Shown here in pieces: positions 37,791 to 47,995 of a DNA stretch of 64,000 nucleotides (position 1 is the first letter of the stretch; each line of letters starts with the position of its first letter). The stretch comes from an uncultured Candidatus Babeliaceae bacterium (GTDB lineage Bacteria; Babelota; Babeliae; Babelales; Babelaceae). The DNA lies in the NCBI GenBank assembly GCA_963704655.1, contig OY969927.1, positions 864,001 through 928,000 of the forward strand. Direction: 5' to 3'. The notes under the pieces were generated by a model, which had not been told where the DNA came from, made no database searches, and was given only the letters and a program-made list of their open reading frames with translations. The translations under genes and the position numbers were made by a program.

Positions 37791-40541
37791 TTACTGATGC
37801 ACTACCAAACCAAAATCACCCGGAATTACCCACGAACCAAGGCCCGAAATGCGTTGTACCTGACCAACTGAATTTGCATCTACCTCTGAATAAAATCCAC
37901 CACTTTGTGGCACCCGAACCCTAAAGCCTTGCTTAAGCGCTTGAGGTAACGATTGCACAAAAAGTTGTTGTAAAAGATACCTGCTCCGAGAAACTGACCA
38001 GAGCATACCATCGGTATAGAAAAAGTTTCTATACGAACCGATGTTAACAAAAAATGTTGGTCTATTTGGTATAAAAAAATCATTGAAAAGTTGCACAGTA
38101 GCATCAGTAACACCTGCAGGATCATAGGTAATAACATAACGATACATGCGTGCTTGGTCCCGACTGACATTCCCAGAAAGAACATATAGATTTCCAGAAA
38201 CTCCCGGTGGAGTTAGATATAAATCCGTTGCGTTGCCTGTTTGCGTAACCGGCCATAAACGCGTTGCGCATCCGGTGCTTTCTGGCATTACTACTTGTTG
38301 CCAATTCATATCTGTTTGTGAAGTTGCCGTTGCTACTGATACCCCATTGCCTGAACGCAATAAGCCTGAACTTGATGCAAGAACCACGAGTGGCTCGCAA
38401 ACGATAACATCTGAAAAAAAATATGATTTATGAGGTAAACTTATAGATGGATCCTGAATCGAGTTCAGGATGACACCGCCACGTGTATTTGCCGTTGCTA
38501 AATTAACTGAACTAAATGGCACTGTTTGATTAATAATGTCTGATGTTAATCTCACGCGCTCAAAAAGTGTGTCAGTTAAAACATATAATGAGCCATTTTG
38601 TGCTATAAGTTTGCGCACGTTACTGTAGTTTCCCACTTTTTGCCAAACTAATTCAGAAGAGAGTCCAGCAAAATTTTGAGTAATTGAACCATCTGGAATT
38701 CCAGTTCCATCTTGCAATGCTAAAACAGCTAACCCGCCATTTCCGCCAACTACAATCCATGAATTGCCGCCACATGAAACAACTGCTGCAGCAATTATTG
38801 CTTGTAAATTACCTAATGCGCCCCCGGTCATGCTGATATATTCAGCTGGTGCCACAAAAGAATTAAGCGTTCCATCTGTAGAAGTATAGGTATCTGGATA
38901 TGCTGTTACCGGAGTTAATGTAACGCCTATGTCTGCAGCTGTTTCACCCAAAATAACGGTATTTAATCCCGTAAAAATAGTTGCACTGCTGCGTGAACCA
39001 TCAGCTTGTGAAAAAAATGGCGCTGTTGATGAAATATCGATAACGCCCTGAATCCCGCCCTGCTTTTGTGGCAGTGTGCTATTTAAAAGTTGTGCAAGCT
39101 GAGTTCCATTTTTTTCCCAAGATGTTGCCACCACCGATTGCACCGAAGATGTAAAAGCAGTCGAGTACCAAAATTGTGAATTTCCACGGTCGTATACGGC
39201 TGTTTCCGGAATACCCTGAGAATTTACTGCACGCTGCCAATTTGTCCAACCAGAGATTACTGCATTATTATTAAAAATTGCTTGCGAATAGAAAATGCCA
39301 GATGCTTGGTCCGTTGAGCCAGTTACGGTAATAATCACCGAATCTCCAGCTGTATATAACGAAGTTATTGTTCCCGGGGCACTTCCACCGCCGACAATAG
39401 CAGGAATGCTTGATGGGGTATAAAGATCACCTTGTTGTGTTGCAGGCACATTAAACTGGCGCTGACTTAAGAAATTTGTTTGTGGCACTGAATTTATAGA
39501 CGCTAATGCGCCAAATGAAGTTATGGGTAGCGCATATACATTTATCGGATCCTGATTTACAGATCCAACGCCACCTACTACCACTAAATATTGTGTTCCA
39601 ACTGATGGCAATAATGTTGAAAGAAAATGGATACTAATCTGAGTATTTGCGCCCGTGCCTGCAATAATTGAATCGTTTGTTACGGCACTTGCAGTAACAA
39701 CTGGCGCAAGCGCTAAAAACGGCGCACCAACTTCATTTAATGAGAAAAGCACCGCAACAGCACCATCGGTATCATTTGGGCCACCTAAAACATCAAAACC
39801 TGCAAATAGAGTACCTACATTTTTTTCATCTAATGCTGGTATTTGCTTATAGGTTGATACATAAAGGGTTGGATTTGTAAGCGACTGCAAAGGCGAACCG
39901 ATTGCAAGAGGTGCATTAATATTAATAGCTACGGGTAAAGAAAAATTAATAGTATCACCAGATGTTTGCGTTGGTAATAGGTCTGCAAAAGATACACCGC
40001 CCCCGACATCTCCAAAAGTACCACCTTGCGGGCTTACTGCAGCGTACATAGTCCCTTGAACCGAACCAACGATAGCGTCAATATTGCTTACAGGTGCACT
40101 GTTTGTATCCAGCAATTGTGATGATATTGTTAGTAACGGGTTATTATTTTGAGTATATGAGCTAATAACATAGACATGATTCGGGTCACCTTCTATAACT
40201 ACAGCTGGTAGCCCGTCAGTTTCAAATGATTTTCGCCCTGTGTTTGCAAGCAATTTTATTTGAGCGCCATATAATGGGTTAGGTTGGGAAGTGCCTTGAA
40301 TATAAATATTTTCTGGCGTTATTCCAGCAAAGGCTGCTGATCCTGGCCCTGCCACTGCAACAGAAAAAGCTGCTGCTTCACCCAAACTTGCCACAGATGA
40401 GCCAATAAAAAATACCTTATTCAACTGAGCAAACGCGGTCGTGCCTATGGGGTTAGGGAGATTATAAACAGTTCCTGCATTGAGCGATCTCATGCAAAAA
40501 AATATGAAAAAAAGTGATATGAAATTTCGTATCATACGCAT
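37791..40541 (-). CDS. Large secreted beta-rich surface protein (possibly propeller-like)
   Basis: Signal peptide; G/S/T/V-rich, low charge; contains a repeat-derived segment. Confidence 0.75.
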   Translation of the reverse strand: MRMIRNFISLFFIFFCMRSLNAGTVYNLPNPIGTTAFAQLNKVFFIGSSVASLGEAAAFSVAVAGPGSAAFAGITPENIYIQGTSQPNPLYGAQIKLLANTGRKSFETDGLPAVVIEGDPNHVYVISSYTQNNNPLLTISSQLLDTNSAPVSNIDAIVGSVQGTMYAAVSPQGGTFGDVGGGVSFADLLPTQTSGDTINFSLPVAININAPLAIGSPLQSLTNPTLYVSTYKQIPALDEKNVGTLFAGFDVLGGPNDTDGAVAVLFSLNEVGAPFLALAPVVTASAVTNDSIIAGTGANTQISIHFLSTLLPSVGTQYLVVVGGVGSVNQDPINVYALPITSFGALASINSVPQTNFLSQRQFNVPATQQGDLYTPSSIPAIVGGGSAPGTITSLYTAGDSVIITVTGSTDQASGIFYSQAIFNNNAVISGWTNWQRAVNSQGIPETAVYDRGNSQFWYSTAFTSSVQSVVATSWEKNGTQLAQLLNSTLPQKQGGIQGVIDISSTAPFFSQADGSRSSATIFTGLNTVILGETAADIGVTLTPVTAYPDTYTSTDGTLNSFVAPAEYISMTGGALGNLQAIIAAAVVSCGGNSWIVVGGNGGLAVLALQDGTGIPDGSITQNFAGLSSELVWQKVGNYSNVRKLIAQNGSLYVLTDTLFERVRLTSDIINQTVPFSSVNLATANTRGGVILNSIQDPSISLPHKSYFFSDVIVCEPLVVLASSSGLLRSGNGVSVATATSQTDMNWQQVVMPESTGCATRLWPVTQTGNATDLYLTPPGVSGNLYVLSGNVSRDQARMYRYVITYDPAGVTDATVQLFNDFFIPNRPTFFVNIGSYRNFFYTDGMLWSVSRSRYLLQQLFVQSLPQALKQGFRVRVPQSGGFYSEVDANSVGQVQRISGLGSWVIPGDFGLVVHQ
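38444..38477. repeat. 34-bp GTCATCC...ATCCATC palindromic repeat inside CDS
   Basis: Reverse complement ggtgtcatcctgaactcgattcaggatccatcta; related copy at 42371-42404. Confidence 0.85.
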
Positions 40542-40572
40542 AGTTAATATGTACTCTCTTTAAAACCGTTTT

Positions 40573-40650
40573 AATACTTCGACAAGCTCAGTATGAGCGG
40601 TTTTCTTGGCATTCGTTCAACGTCGCTCATCCTGAGCCTGTCGAAGGGTT
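40573..40650. repeat. Inverted doublet of TTCGAC-N3-GCTCA palindromic repeats
   Basis: aatacttcgacaagctcagtatgagcgg and cgctcatcctgagcctgtcgaagggtt. Confidence 0.9.
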
Positions 40651-40796
40651 GGCGACGATAGATTTTTTTTAACTCTATAATTATTGCTATATACTAACGC
40701 GACTGGTTGATTTTGGCTATTTAAATTAGATGATTTTTAGGTTATATTTAATCTTTGAGTAAAATATAATTTTCAAAAAAATAAAAAGTTACAAAG

Positions 40797-42332
40797 ATGC
40801 ATACAAAACTCTATTCTGCAACAGTTATTGGCGTAAACGCGTATAAAATTGAGATTGAAGTGGACCTTTCATTCGGCATGCTTCAATTTTTTCTTGTAGG
40901 CTTACCAGATCTTGCAATTAAAGAAAGTAAACAACGCGTTATTACGGCGCTTAAAAATTGCGGCTATGCGCTGCCAGAAAGAAAAATTACGGTTAATCTT
41001 GCACCGGCCCATATCAAAAAAGAGGGGTCCCTGTTTGACGTTGCTATTGCACTCGGCATTATTTACGCGGCAAATTTATGCGATTATGATGCCACATTTT
41101 TGAATGAAACTTTTTTTATTGGTGAACTTTCACTTGATGGCCGCATAAAACCGATACTTGGGGTTTTGGCTATAGCTTTTGATGCTCACAAACTCGGCAT
41201 TAAACGCATTATTGTTCCAATTGAAAATGCAGTTGAAGCGGCATTGATTGATGGGCTTGAAGTTATTGCGGTGGATCACCTTACTGATATTGTTAAAATA
41301 CTTAGAAAAGAAGCCCCACTTGCAGTATATGCGCGCAAGAACCTAGAAACACTCAAACAAAAACAACTTCTTGATTTAGCTCAAGTTAAAGGGCAAATGC
41401 AGGCAAAACGTGTTTTACAAATCGCTGCAGCAGGCAGACACAATCTACTTTTTGTCGGTTCACCAGGTTCTGGTAAAACCATGCTCGCGCAACGATTAAT
41501 TACCATTATGCCGCCGATGTCATTTAACGAAATGCTTGAAACAAGTAAAATCTATTCAATTTGTGGCAAACTTCCAGCTGAGCAACTTATTTCAGAACGC
41601 CCCTGCCGAGCGCCGCACCATACCATTTCATCGCCTGGATTAGTCGGAGGAGGTTCGACCCCACAGCCAGGTGAAATAAGTTTGGCACATAACGGCATTC
41701 TCTTTTTAGATGAATTTACCGAGTTCAAACGCCCTACACTTGAAGTATTACGTCAACCTCTAGAAGAGCGTATGGTCACGATTTCTCGTGCACAACAAAC
41801 ACTTTCATTTCCGTCATCATTCTTGCTTGTTGCGGCTCTTAACCCATGCCCATGTGGATACTATGGTGATGCGAATAAAGAATGTTCTTGCAATCAAAAA
41901 CAAATTCAGAATTATATGCAAAAATTATCTGGGCCATTGCTTGACCGCATCGATTTACAGGTCTACTTGCCAAGCGTTAAATACGAAGAGACTCAAAATA
42001 CCCAGCCGGCAACATCATCTGCAGATTTATTTGCAAAAGTTTCTATAGCACGTGAACGGCAACTTAAACGCTTTGGCACCCAGACAATGTATAATGGTTA
42101 TATGACGCCTGAAATGATCGAAGAGCACTGTAAAGTTACTGCAGAAGCGCAGAATCTCATTAAAAAGGCTTTTGAAACGTTGCATTTAAGCATGCGCGGA
42201 TACCACAAGCTGCTCAAAATCTCGCGTACTATTGCAGATCTTGAAGACAGCGAAGATATTTTGCCAAAACATGTGCAAGAAGCACTTATGTACCGCTCTA
42301 TAGATAAATCACTTAATGCATTACAGCATTAA
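40797..42332 (+). CDS. comM: YifB/ComM Mg-chelatase-like AAA+ ATPase
   Basis: VGLPD, TVNLAPA, GSPGSGKTM, PHHT, GEISLAHNGILFLDE, NPCPCG, SGPLLDRID. Confidence 0.95.
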   Translation: MHTKLYSATVIGVNAYKIEIEVDLSFGMLQFFLVGLPDLAIKESKQRVITALKNCGYALPERKITVNLAPAHIKKEGSLFDVAIALGIIYAANLCDYDATFLNETFFIGELSLDGRIKPILGVLAIAFDAHKLGIKRIIVPIENAVEAALIDGLEVIAVDHLTDIVKILRKEAPLAVYARKNLETLKQKQLLDLAQVKGQMQAKRVLQIAAAGRHNLLFVGSPGSGKTMLAQRLITIMPPMSFNEMLETSKIYSICGKLPAEQLISERPCRAPHHTISSPGLVGGGSTPQPGEISLAHNGILFLDEFTEFKRPTLEVLRQPLEERMVTISRAQQTLSFPSSFLLVAALNPCPCGYYGDANKECSCNQKQIQNYMQKLSGPLLDRIDLQVYLPSVKYEETQNTQPATSSADLFAKVSIARERQLKRFGTQTMYNGYMTPEMIEEHCKVTAEAQNLIKKAFETLHLSMRGYHKLLKISRTIADLEDSEDILPKHVQEALMYRSIDKSLNALQH

Positions 42333-42370
42333 AAAACCGTAGCAACTAAAGTAAGCATCGAATTCAAAAA

Positions 42371-42404
42371 GGTGTCATCCCCGGCTCGATCGGGAATCCA
42401 TCTA
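42371..42404. repeat. 34-bp GTCATCC...ATCCATC palindromic repeat
   Basis: ggtgtcatccccggctcgatcgggaatccatcta, intergenic. Confidence 0.8.
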
Positions 42405-42423
42405 ATTTGAAAAAAACTTTATT

Positions 42424-43011
42424 TTACGCCCTTTCGCTTTTAAGCGCCACACAACTATAAACAATAGTTGGCACGATATAAAATTGTGAGACTAAGATAC
42501 TTATAAAAACTAAAACTAAAATATCCATCTGATAAAAAACTAAAAGAGGTATTAATAAAAAAAGCGGGCAGAGCATTGTAATAATTTTTACAATTCGCAA
42601 ATACAATAATGTTTTATCATTTAAAAAATGCGCCTTCTTTAAAATAGCTATTGCCCATCCTGGCGCAAAAAGAGCGAATATCAGACTAACACCAAAGAAG
42701 ATCAAGCCCATCATCATGCAACCTTTTATGCATGAGCGCGGCAAAAAAAATTGCACACCCAAAATAAGATCCGGAACAATACCTGCAACAATCAACCCTG
42801 GAATGCGAGTGATTAACCCTATTATTAAAACAATGAAAAAAGCGCCTATAAGAGGCGCAATGAGCATTAAATCTGAAATTTCAGGATTGTAAGGCACCGT
42901 AGAATGAATCAACATAAAAGAAAGATAAATCTCCAACGCAACCATGATAGCTACAATAAAATTCAATGCCGCTCTTTGGTCAAGATTTAAAGATAGTTTC
43001 GACATACCCAT
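42424..43011 (-). CDS. Hypothetical multi-pass membrane protein
   Basis: About six hydrophobic segments. Confidence 0.7.
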   Translation of the reverse strand: MGMSKLSLNLDQRAALNFIVAIMVALEIYLSFMLIHSTVPYNPEISDLMLIAPLIGAFFIVLIIGLITRIPGLIVAGIVPDLILGVQFFLPRSCIKGCMMMGLIFFGVSLIFALFAPGWAIAILKKAHFLNDKTLLYLRIVKIITMLCPLFLLIPLLVFYQMDILVLVFISILVSQFYIVPTIVYSCVALKSERA

Positions 43012-43060
43012 TCCCCTTTTTGTGGTAAAATAATAGAAAAATTAAAACTATGGACCCGCC

Positions 43061-43088
43061 AACCCTTCGACAGGCTCAGGATGAACGG
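43061..43088. repeat. TTCGAC-N3-GCTCA palindromic repeat
   Basis: aacccttcgacaggctcaggatgaacgg. Confidence 0.9.
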
Positions 43089-43119
43089 GTTTTATTTCAT
43101 TGTAACAAACAAAGATAAA

Positions 43120-43497
43120 ATGATACTAGCTTTAGGTATAGATTCGGTAGATATAGACAGGTTTAAAAACTGGCAAAATTATAGCAAAAAACAACTCGGG
43201 CGGTTTTTTAGCCAGACAGAAATAGACTATTGCATATCGGGGCCAAAAAAGAGCGCTGAGCGCTTTGCTGTTCGTTTTGCGGCGAAAGAAGCACTATTTA
43301 AGTCAATCAGCCAGTTTTACCCAGAAAAGGGCTTCCGGCTGCTATTTGTTGCCAAAAATTGTGAGGTTATAAAAACTCTTGCTGCTCCAGAGCTATCTGT
43401 CGATTGGAACGCGCTTAACCTACCGAAACTTAAAGTACTCATAAGCCTTACACACACCAGACAAACAGCATCAGCTGTGGTTATCCTTCAAGAATAA
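43120..43497 (+). CDS. acpS: Holo-[acyl-carrier-protein] synthase
   Basis: LGIDSVDI.RF, RFAAKEA, ISLTH; start placed at MILALG because ATG 43081 lies in the repeat. Confidence 0.92.
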   Translation: MILALGIDSVDIDRFKNWQNYSKKQLGRFFSQTEIDYCISGPKKSAERFAVRFAAKEALFKSISQFYPEKGFRLLFVAKNCEVIKTLAAPELSVDWNALNLPKLKVLISLTHTRQTASAVVILQE

Positions 43498-43529
43498 CAG
43501 AATAAGTTTGTTAATATGCTGTTTTTTAA

Positions 43530-43557
43530 TTGACAAAGGTTAATTTGAGCGTATTCT
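43530..43557 (+). promoter_or_regulatory. Sigma70-type promoter for tRNA, TTGACA-16-TATTCT
   Basis: Directly upstream of tRNA-fMet. Confidence 0.7.
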
Positions 43558-43575
43558 AGAGAATAGAAATTGTAT

Positions 43576-43652
<77 letters not shown>

Positions 43653-43664
43653 GTCTTCGCCCTT

Positions 43665-43691
43665 CCGCTCATCCTGAGCGCAGTCGAAGGA
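43665..43691. repeat. TTCGAC-N3-GCTCA palindromic repeat just after tRNA
   Basis: ccgctcatcctgagcgcagtcgaagga. Confidence 0.88.
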
Positions 43692-43863
43692 CGTCTGGCA
43701 CGGCCAGATTTCACTTATCCCCTTCTCAAATCTACCAGACGTATTATCTAATAAATTTGTTTAATAATTTCAAACAAAAACCCATTATATTGCTTTTTAT
43801 CGACCCAAACTGATAAAATAAAGATAATTAGAGAATAAATAATTATTTTAAAGGGTTTATATA

Positions 43864-45048
43864 ATGAAGAATCGTCTATTTTTGCTCATCACTTGCGTAA
43901 ATTTTTGTACCATTAGTGCAATGCAAGAGGATTTCCCAGCTTCAACACCTCCACAAAGTCCTCGGGCACGATCGTATAGTTTTATCGAACAAGAAGAAGC
44001 TGTACAACAAAATTTAAATGATCTTGAACTTTGCAAAATGCAGCTTTCTAGCCAAGATAACCAGCAAAAAATTGAAGATGGCAAGTTATTGTTAAAACAA
44101 TTTTATTTTGAAAAACCCTTAAAACAGGCCATAACCAAAAAGCTGGGCCTGGCAGTTCCATTACAACGACTAACCCCAGAAGAGCTTGCTGAAAAACAAA
44201 GAATTAATAGCGTTCTCATGGCACCATTTACACAAAAGGCAGAAAATATCATCTGGGCACTCTATGATATAGCAGCAAAGATACATAACAAATATTTTAC
44301 CGAAGGCACATTTGTTATTGAAGATAAGGGTTTAAAGCTCTTAAACTATCTTGTTTCATTAGAAAACAGACCAGGCGGTTCGTATACACGTATCTCGACC
44401 CATTTTAAAGCCTATAAAACTCAACATTATGGCCTTGATTTAGAGAACCTTCCCTGCAATAAGCATACTATTTTATTTGGCCACTTGAACCAGGACAGAA
44501 TTTTTATTAAGCCAGAAAACCATGGTACCAAGAATATCACAGATACTATAGAACATGGAAAAGAAACAATTATCGCCCAAGCAAGAAAAATTGAGTGGCT
44601 CAGAGAACTTTTCAGTTTAGCATCTGATCAAAGCGAAGAATTTAAAAAGGAAAGAATTCCAAGTGATATGATCAAGAAGTTTAGCGACTTAATCAAAAAA
44701 CTTGAGCCTGATAAAGAAACTCAAAAACTTCATATCGAGTCAGTAAAAAATTTTGGGGTACAAAAAATAGTTGCGCTTCTTCAAGAATACATCAATAACT
44801 TCCCGAAGTTCCAACAAATAATTCATGAGCAACCAGCTACCCTTTCTGAAAGTTGGGAAGAAGTTACCAAGCAAGACGTTAATGTATTGCGTGACTTACT
44901 TAATGAAACAGTAGATTTCTTGGATGAACTAGCAACCCTAGACAATATCGCCCTGCGCTCAGGATATGAAGTTATCATTACTCAAACTGATATCAAACGT
45001 GCATTGGGTCTTACTACTCAAGCACCAGAACAAGAAGAGGTTGATTAA
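43864..45048 (+). CDS. Hypothetical secreted protein, possible enzymatic effector
   Basis: Signal peptide; clustered polar motifs RISTHF, HYGLD, ILFG, KPENHG. Confidence 0.75.
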   Translation: MKNRLFLLITCVNFCTISAMQEDFPASTPPQSPRARSYSFIEQEEAVQQNLNDLELCKMQLSSQDNQQKIEDGKLLLKQFYFEKPLKQAITKKLGLAVPLQRLTPEELAEKQRINSVLMAPFTQKAENIIWALYDIAAKIHNKYFTEGTFVIEDKGLKLLNYLVSLENRPGGSYTRISTHFKAYKTQHYGLDLENLPCNKHTILFGHLNQDRIFIKPENHGTKNITDTIEHGKETIIAQARKIEWLRELFSLASDQSEEFKKERIPSDMIKKFSDLIKKLEPDKETQKLHIESVKNFGVQKIVALLQEYINNFPKFQQIIHEQPATLSESWEEVTKQDVNVLRDLLNETVDFLDELATLDNIALRSGYEVIITQTDIKRALGLTTQAPEQEEVD

Positions 45049-45049
45049 A

Positions 45050-45370
45050 ATGAAAAAAATAGTTTTTATACTCAGCGTCATGACAGTAAATTATTCATGT
45101 TTGTTTAGTGCAGAAACCCAAGCAAATGAAACAAACAAGCTTTGTTTTACTGAAAAGTGTCAAAAATTAAAAGAATCAATTTTACAAAGGTCCAGAACCC
45201 GAGCACGTGCAAAAAAACAAGTAATACGAAAACCCAAAAAAGTGCAAAACGTTGAAGATATCAGCGAATTATTTGCCCAAGGCATGGTTTTGGAAAAACC
45301 AGAGGCCTCTCGCTCTGACATCAAAGGCAAGGGCCGACTCATTTCAGAACCCGAAGAAGAATTTGCATAA
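45050..45370 (+). CDS. Small secreted basic protein
   Basis: RBS gagg, start placed at MKKIVF; basic cluster RSRTRARAKKQVIRKPKKV. Confidence 0.7.
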   Translation: MKKIVFILSVMTVNYSCLFSAETQANETNKLCFTEKCQKLKESILQRSRTRARAKKQVIRKPKKVQNVEDISELFAQGMVLEKPEASRSDIKGKGRLISEPEEEFA

Positions 45371-45371
45371 A

Positions 45372-45398
45372 AAAAGGGGCGGAAAAACCGCCCCTTTT
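45372..45398. terminator. Bidirectional intrinsic terminator
   Basis: aaaaggggcgg-aaaaa-ccgcccctttt between convergent genes. Confidence 0.85.
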
Positions 45399-45415
45399 GC
45401 ACAAAATGCACTATT

Positions 45416-45886
45416 TTAATCTTTAGGTGCTTTGTTCTCTTTTACCCATTTATCTAAAACGCCATTAATGAACTTATGCGCATCGCTTTCGGCATAGCCT
45501 TTTGCAAGCTCAATAGCCTCATTAATAACAATAGAATAATCAAGCTTGGTGTGCACAAGCTCCCAAACTGCCATACGTAAAATAATCCGGGTCATACACC
45601 CAACACGCTCAAACTTCCAATTATCCAACAAAGGCTTAATCTGCTCATCAAGCTCAGTTTGCGCATCAATAATAGCTTGCGCTTGAATTACTAAGGCACT
45701 TGTCGGCTCGATAATGCAATCAAAACCACGTGAAAAATTATCTACAATAGCATCCAAGCTTACTTGGTAGTCAAAAGAGTCTGCTGCATACAAAAGATGC
45801 AATATCAAAGCACGCTGATCTCGCGCAGAAAGAGTATCGCAGGACTCCTGCTGATCTACAGGTGCCGTACTATGATGATTATCCAT
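45416..45886 (-). CDS. nusB: Transcription antitermination factor NusB
   Basis: NWKFER, ILRMAVWEL, INEAIELAK, FINGVLD. Confidence 0.93.
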   Translation of the reverse strand: MDNHHSTAPVDQQESCDTLSARDQRALILHLLYAADSFDYQVSLDAIVDNFSRGFDCIIEPTSALVIQAQAIIDAQTELDEQIKPLLDNWKFERVGCMTRIILRMAVWELVHTKLDYSIVINEAIELAKGYAESDAHKFINGVLDKWVKENKAPKD

Positions 45887-45891
45887 AATTA

Positions 45892-46464
45892 TTACTTTTT
45901 AACGCGTTCGATGTATCGGGAATCACGGGTATCAACTTTAACAATATCACCTTCATGAACAAAAAGTGGCACTTGTAATACAAGGCCGGTGTCCATGGTT
46001 GCTGGTTTTGTGGCACCACCTTGGGCCGTATCACCTTTTACGCCAGGGATAGTTTCAACTACCTTAAGCTCCATAAATAATGGGGCAGCAACTGAAATAG
46101 GCTTTCCAGAAAAATACAGCACGCTATATACGGTCTGTTCTTTAAGGAAATCTAAAACTTCTTCCAATTGCTCTTTAGTTAAAGCCACTTGGTCATAGTT
46201 GTCTTGGTCCATAAATTGGTACAAGTTGCCATCTTTATACAAATAAAGCATATCGCGAAATTCAAGGTCTGGAGTTTGAAATTTCTCTTCAACTCTGAAA
46301 GTCTCTTCATGCACTAAATTCGTGATCAAATTACGCATTTTAGTACGCGCATATGCCCCACCTTTACCAGGCTTAACATGATGGTAGTCAACGATGGTAT
46401 AAGGCTCGCCTTTATATAAAATTTTACTACCTTTTCTAAAATCACCTGCTAAAATCACGTGCAA
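45892..46464 (-). CDS. efp: Elongation factor P
   Basis: HVKPGKGGA, PGVKGDTAQG.TKPA, VPLFV, YIER. Confidence 0.97.
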   Translation of the reverse strand: MHVILAGDFRKGSKILYKGEPYTIVDYHHVKPGKGGAYARTKMRNLITNLVHEETFRVEEKFQTPDLEFRDMLYLYKDGNLYQFMDQDNYDQVALTKEQLEEVLDFLKEQTVYSVLYFSGKPISVAAPLFMELKVVETIPGVKGDTAQGGATKPATMDTGLVLQVPLFVHEGDIVKVDTRDSRYIERVKK

Positions 46465-46516
46465 TCCTTACGAAATTATCTAGAAAAAAACCGATTTTTA
46501 CTCATACTTATTACTA

Positions 46517-47200
46517 TTATAGAAAATTTGAACTAATTTGGCGATAGCATCCAACAGGCAATTTTTCAAGCCCATAAGAACCAAAACGAACTCGTTTAAG
46601 TTCACGTACTTTATAGCCTAAATGTTCAAAAATGCGCCTAATAACACGATTTTTACCACTATGAATAGTGATTTTAAGATGTATTTTACTTTTCTGTAAG
46701 ACAACCTTGTCAAGTCTCACCATGCCATCAACAAGCCTAACGCCCTTAAGTATCTGATTATAATCAATATGATCAAGGGGCTTATTAAGGACAACTTGGT
46801 ACTCTTTTTTAATCTCAAAGCTCGGATGCGAAAGCTTTTGAGCCCAATCACCGTCATTGGTAACCAATAAAAGACCCGAACTATCTTTATCTAAGCGCCC
46901 TACGGTAAAAAGCTTAACTTTTTTAAACGCGGGTAAAAGATCAAAAATCGTTTTACGGTCCTGCTCATCTGAATTTGTACAAATATATCCAGCAGGCTTA
47001 TGAAGCATAATATAAATTTTAGGCTCTAGTTTTACCACTTTGCCTTTTACCTTAACAACGTCACCGTCATTAACCAACGTGTTAAGTTCTTCAACAGTAA
47101 CACCATTAATCGTTACTAACTGCTGTCTTATAAGAAGAACAGCATCACGACGAGAACAAACGCCCGCATGGGCCATATATTTAACAAGCTGCATTACCAT
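46517..47200 (-). CDS. RsuA/RluB family rRNA pseudouridine synthase
   Basis: S4 domain AGVCSRR, HKPAG, VGRLDKDSSGL, GKNRVIRR. Confidence 0.93.
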   Translation of the reverse strand: MVMQLVKYMAHAGVCSRRDAVLLIRQQLVTINGVTVEELNTLVNDGDVVKVKGKVVKLEPKIYIMLHKPAGYICTNSDEQDRKTIFDLLPAFKKVKLFTVGRLDKDSSGLLLVTNDGDWAQKLSHPSFEIKKEYQVVLNKPLDHIDYNQILKGVRLVDGMVRLDKVVLQKSKIHLKITIHSGKNRVIRRIFEHLGYKVRELKRVRFGSYGLEKLPVGCYRQISSNFL

Positions 47201-47203
47201 ATG

Positions 47204-47992
47204 CTATGCCCTTTCAAGTGATGCAAGGCCTAGATGACGAGAGCGTTCAAACATCAGGTTACAAGCGGTTAAAGTAACAATAAAATAGATTATGGCCAAT
47301 CCATAACCATACGCCAGATGTGGCATAGAGATACGTCCCTCTAAAACAAATATTCTTAAAGCTTCAAAGATATAATTCACCGGAAGAATTTTTGCTACTG
47401 ATTGGATCCACGCAGGCATAATGGATAGTGAGTAATACGCCCCAGAAAATGGCACAGATAACCACCCAAAAACCCAAACAAGCCGTTGTGCATGAACACC
47501 AAAATACATAAGTACGGTAATAGAAAGGCTGGAAATGGCCCAGCCAAAAATCATTAAAGGGATAATAAAGGCCAAGAGCATTAAACCCATATTCAAAAGA
47601 TATACGCCAAAGATAAGCCATGAAACAGTTGTTGCAAAAGCAAGCAATAAAGCTGTCTGTATGCAACCACTTACCATTGCGCCACAGAACCATTCATTAA
47701 ACGTTAATGGAGCCGCAAAAAGGTTAATAATGTTACGTGCCATCATTTCGTATAAAAAATTTGTTGCGTTATTAAAATATGAGTACAGGTATACACGCAT
47801 CATCACAACCGTTAAAACAGAAAGCTGTGCTTGTACCGGAGATTGGCTATTTTTGGCCATAACAATTCCAACACCGCCCCAAATCATAATATCCAGCAGT
47901 GGCCAGAAGATAAAATCTATGAGGTCTTCAAATTTTAAAAAGCGCGAAAAAAAGTACCGCTTTGCAATAAGCATAATACGCTCAATATTCAT
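47204..47992 (-). CDS. ABC-2 type exporter permease
   Basis: FWPLLDI.IWG, FSGAYY, six TM; paralog of adjacent permease. Confidence 0.88.
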   Translation of the reverse strand: MNIERIMLIAKRYFFSRFLKFEDLIDFIFWPLLDIMIWGGVGIVMAKNSQSPVQAQLSVLTVVMMRVYLYSYFNNATNFLYEMMARNIINLFAAPLTFNEWFCGAMVSGCIQTALLLAFATTVSWLIFGVYLLNMGLMLLAFIIPLMIFGWAISSLSITVLMYFGVHAQRLVWVFGWLSVPFSGAYYSLSIMPAWIQSVAKILPVNYIFEALRIFVLEGRISMPHLAYGYGLAIIYFIVTLTACNLMFERSRHLGLASLERA

Positions 47993-47995
47993 AGA

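Noticed and set aside
43081-43119. N-terminal extension of AcpS
   Set aside because: The ATG lies inside a repeat; the family-typical start is MILALGID at 43120
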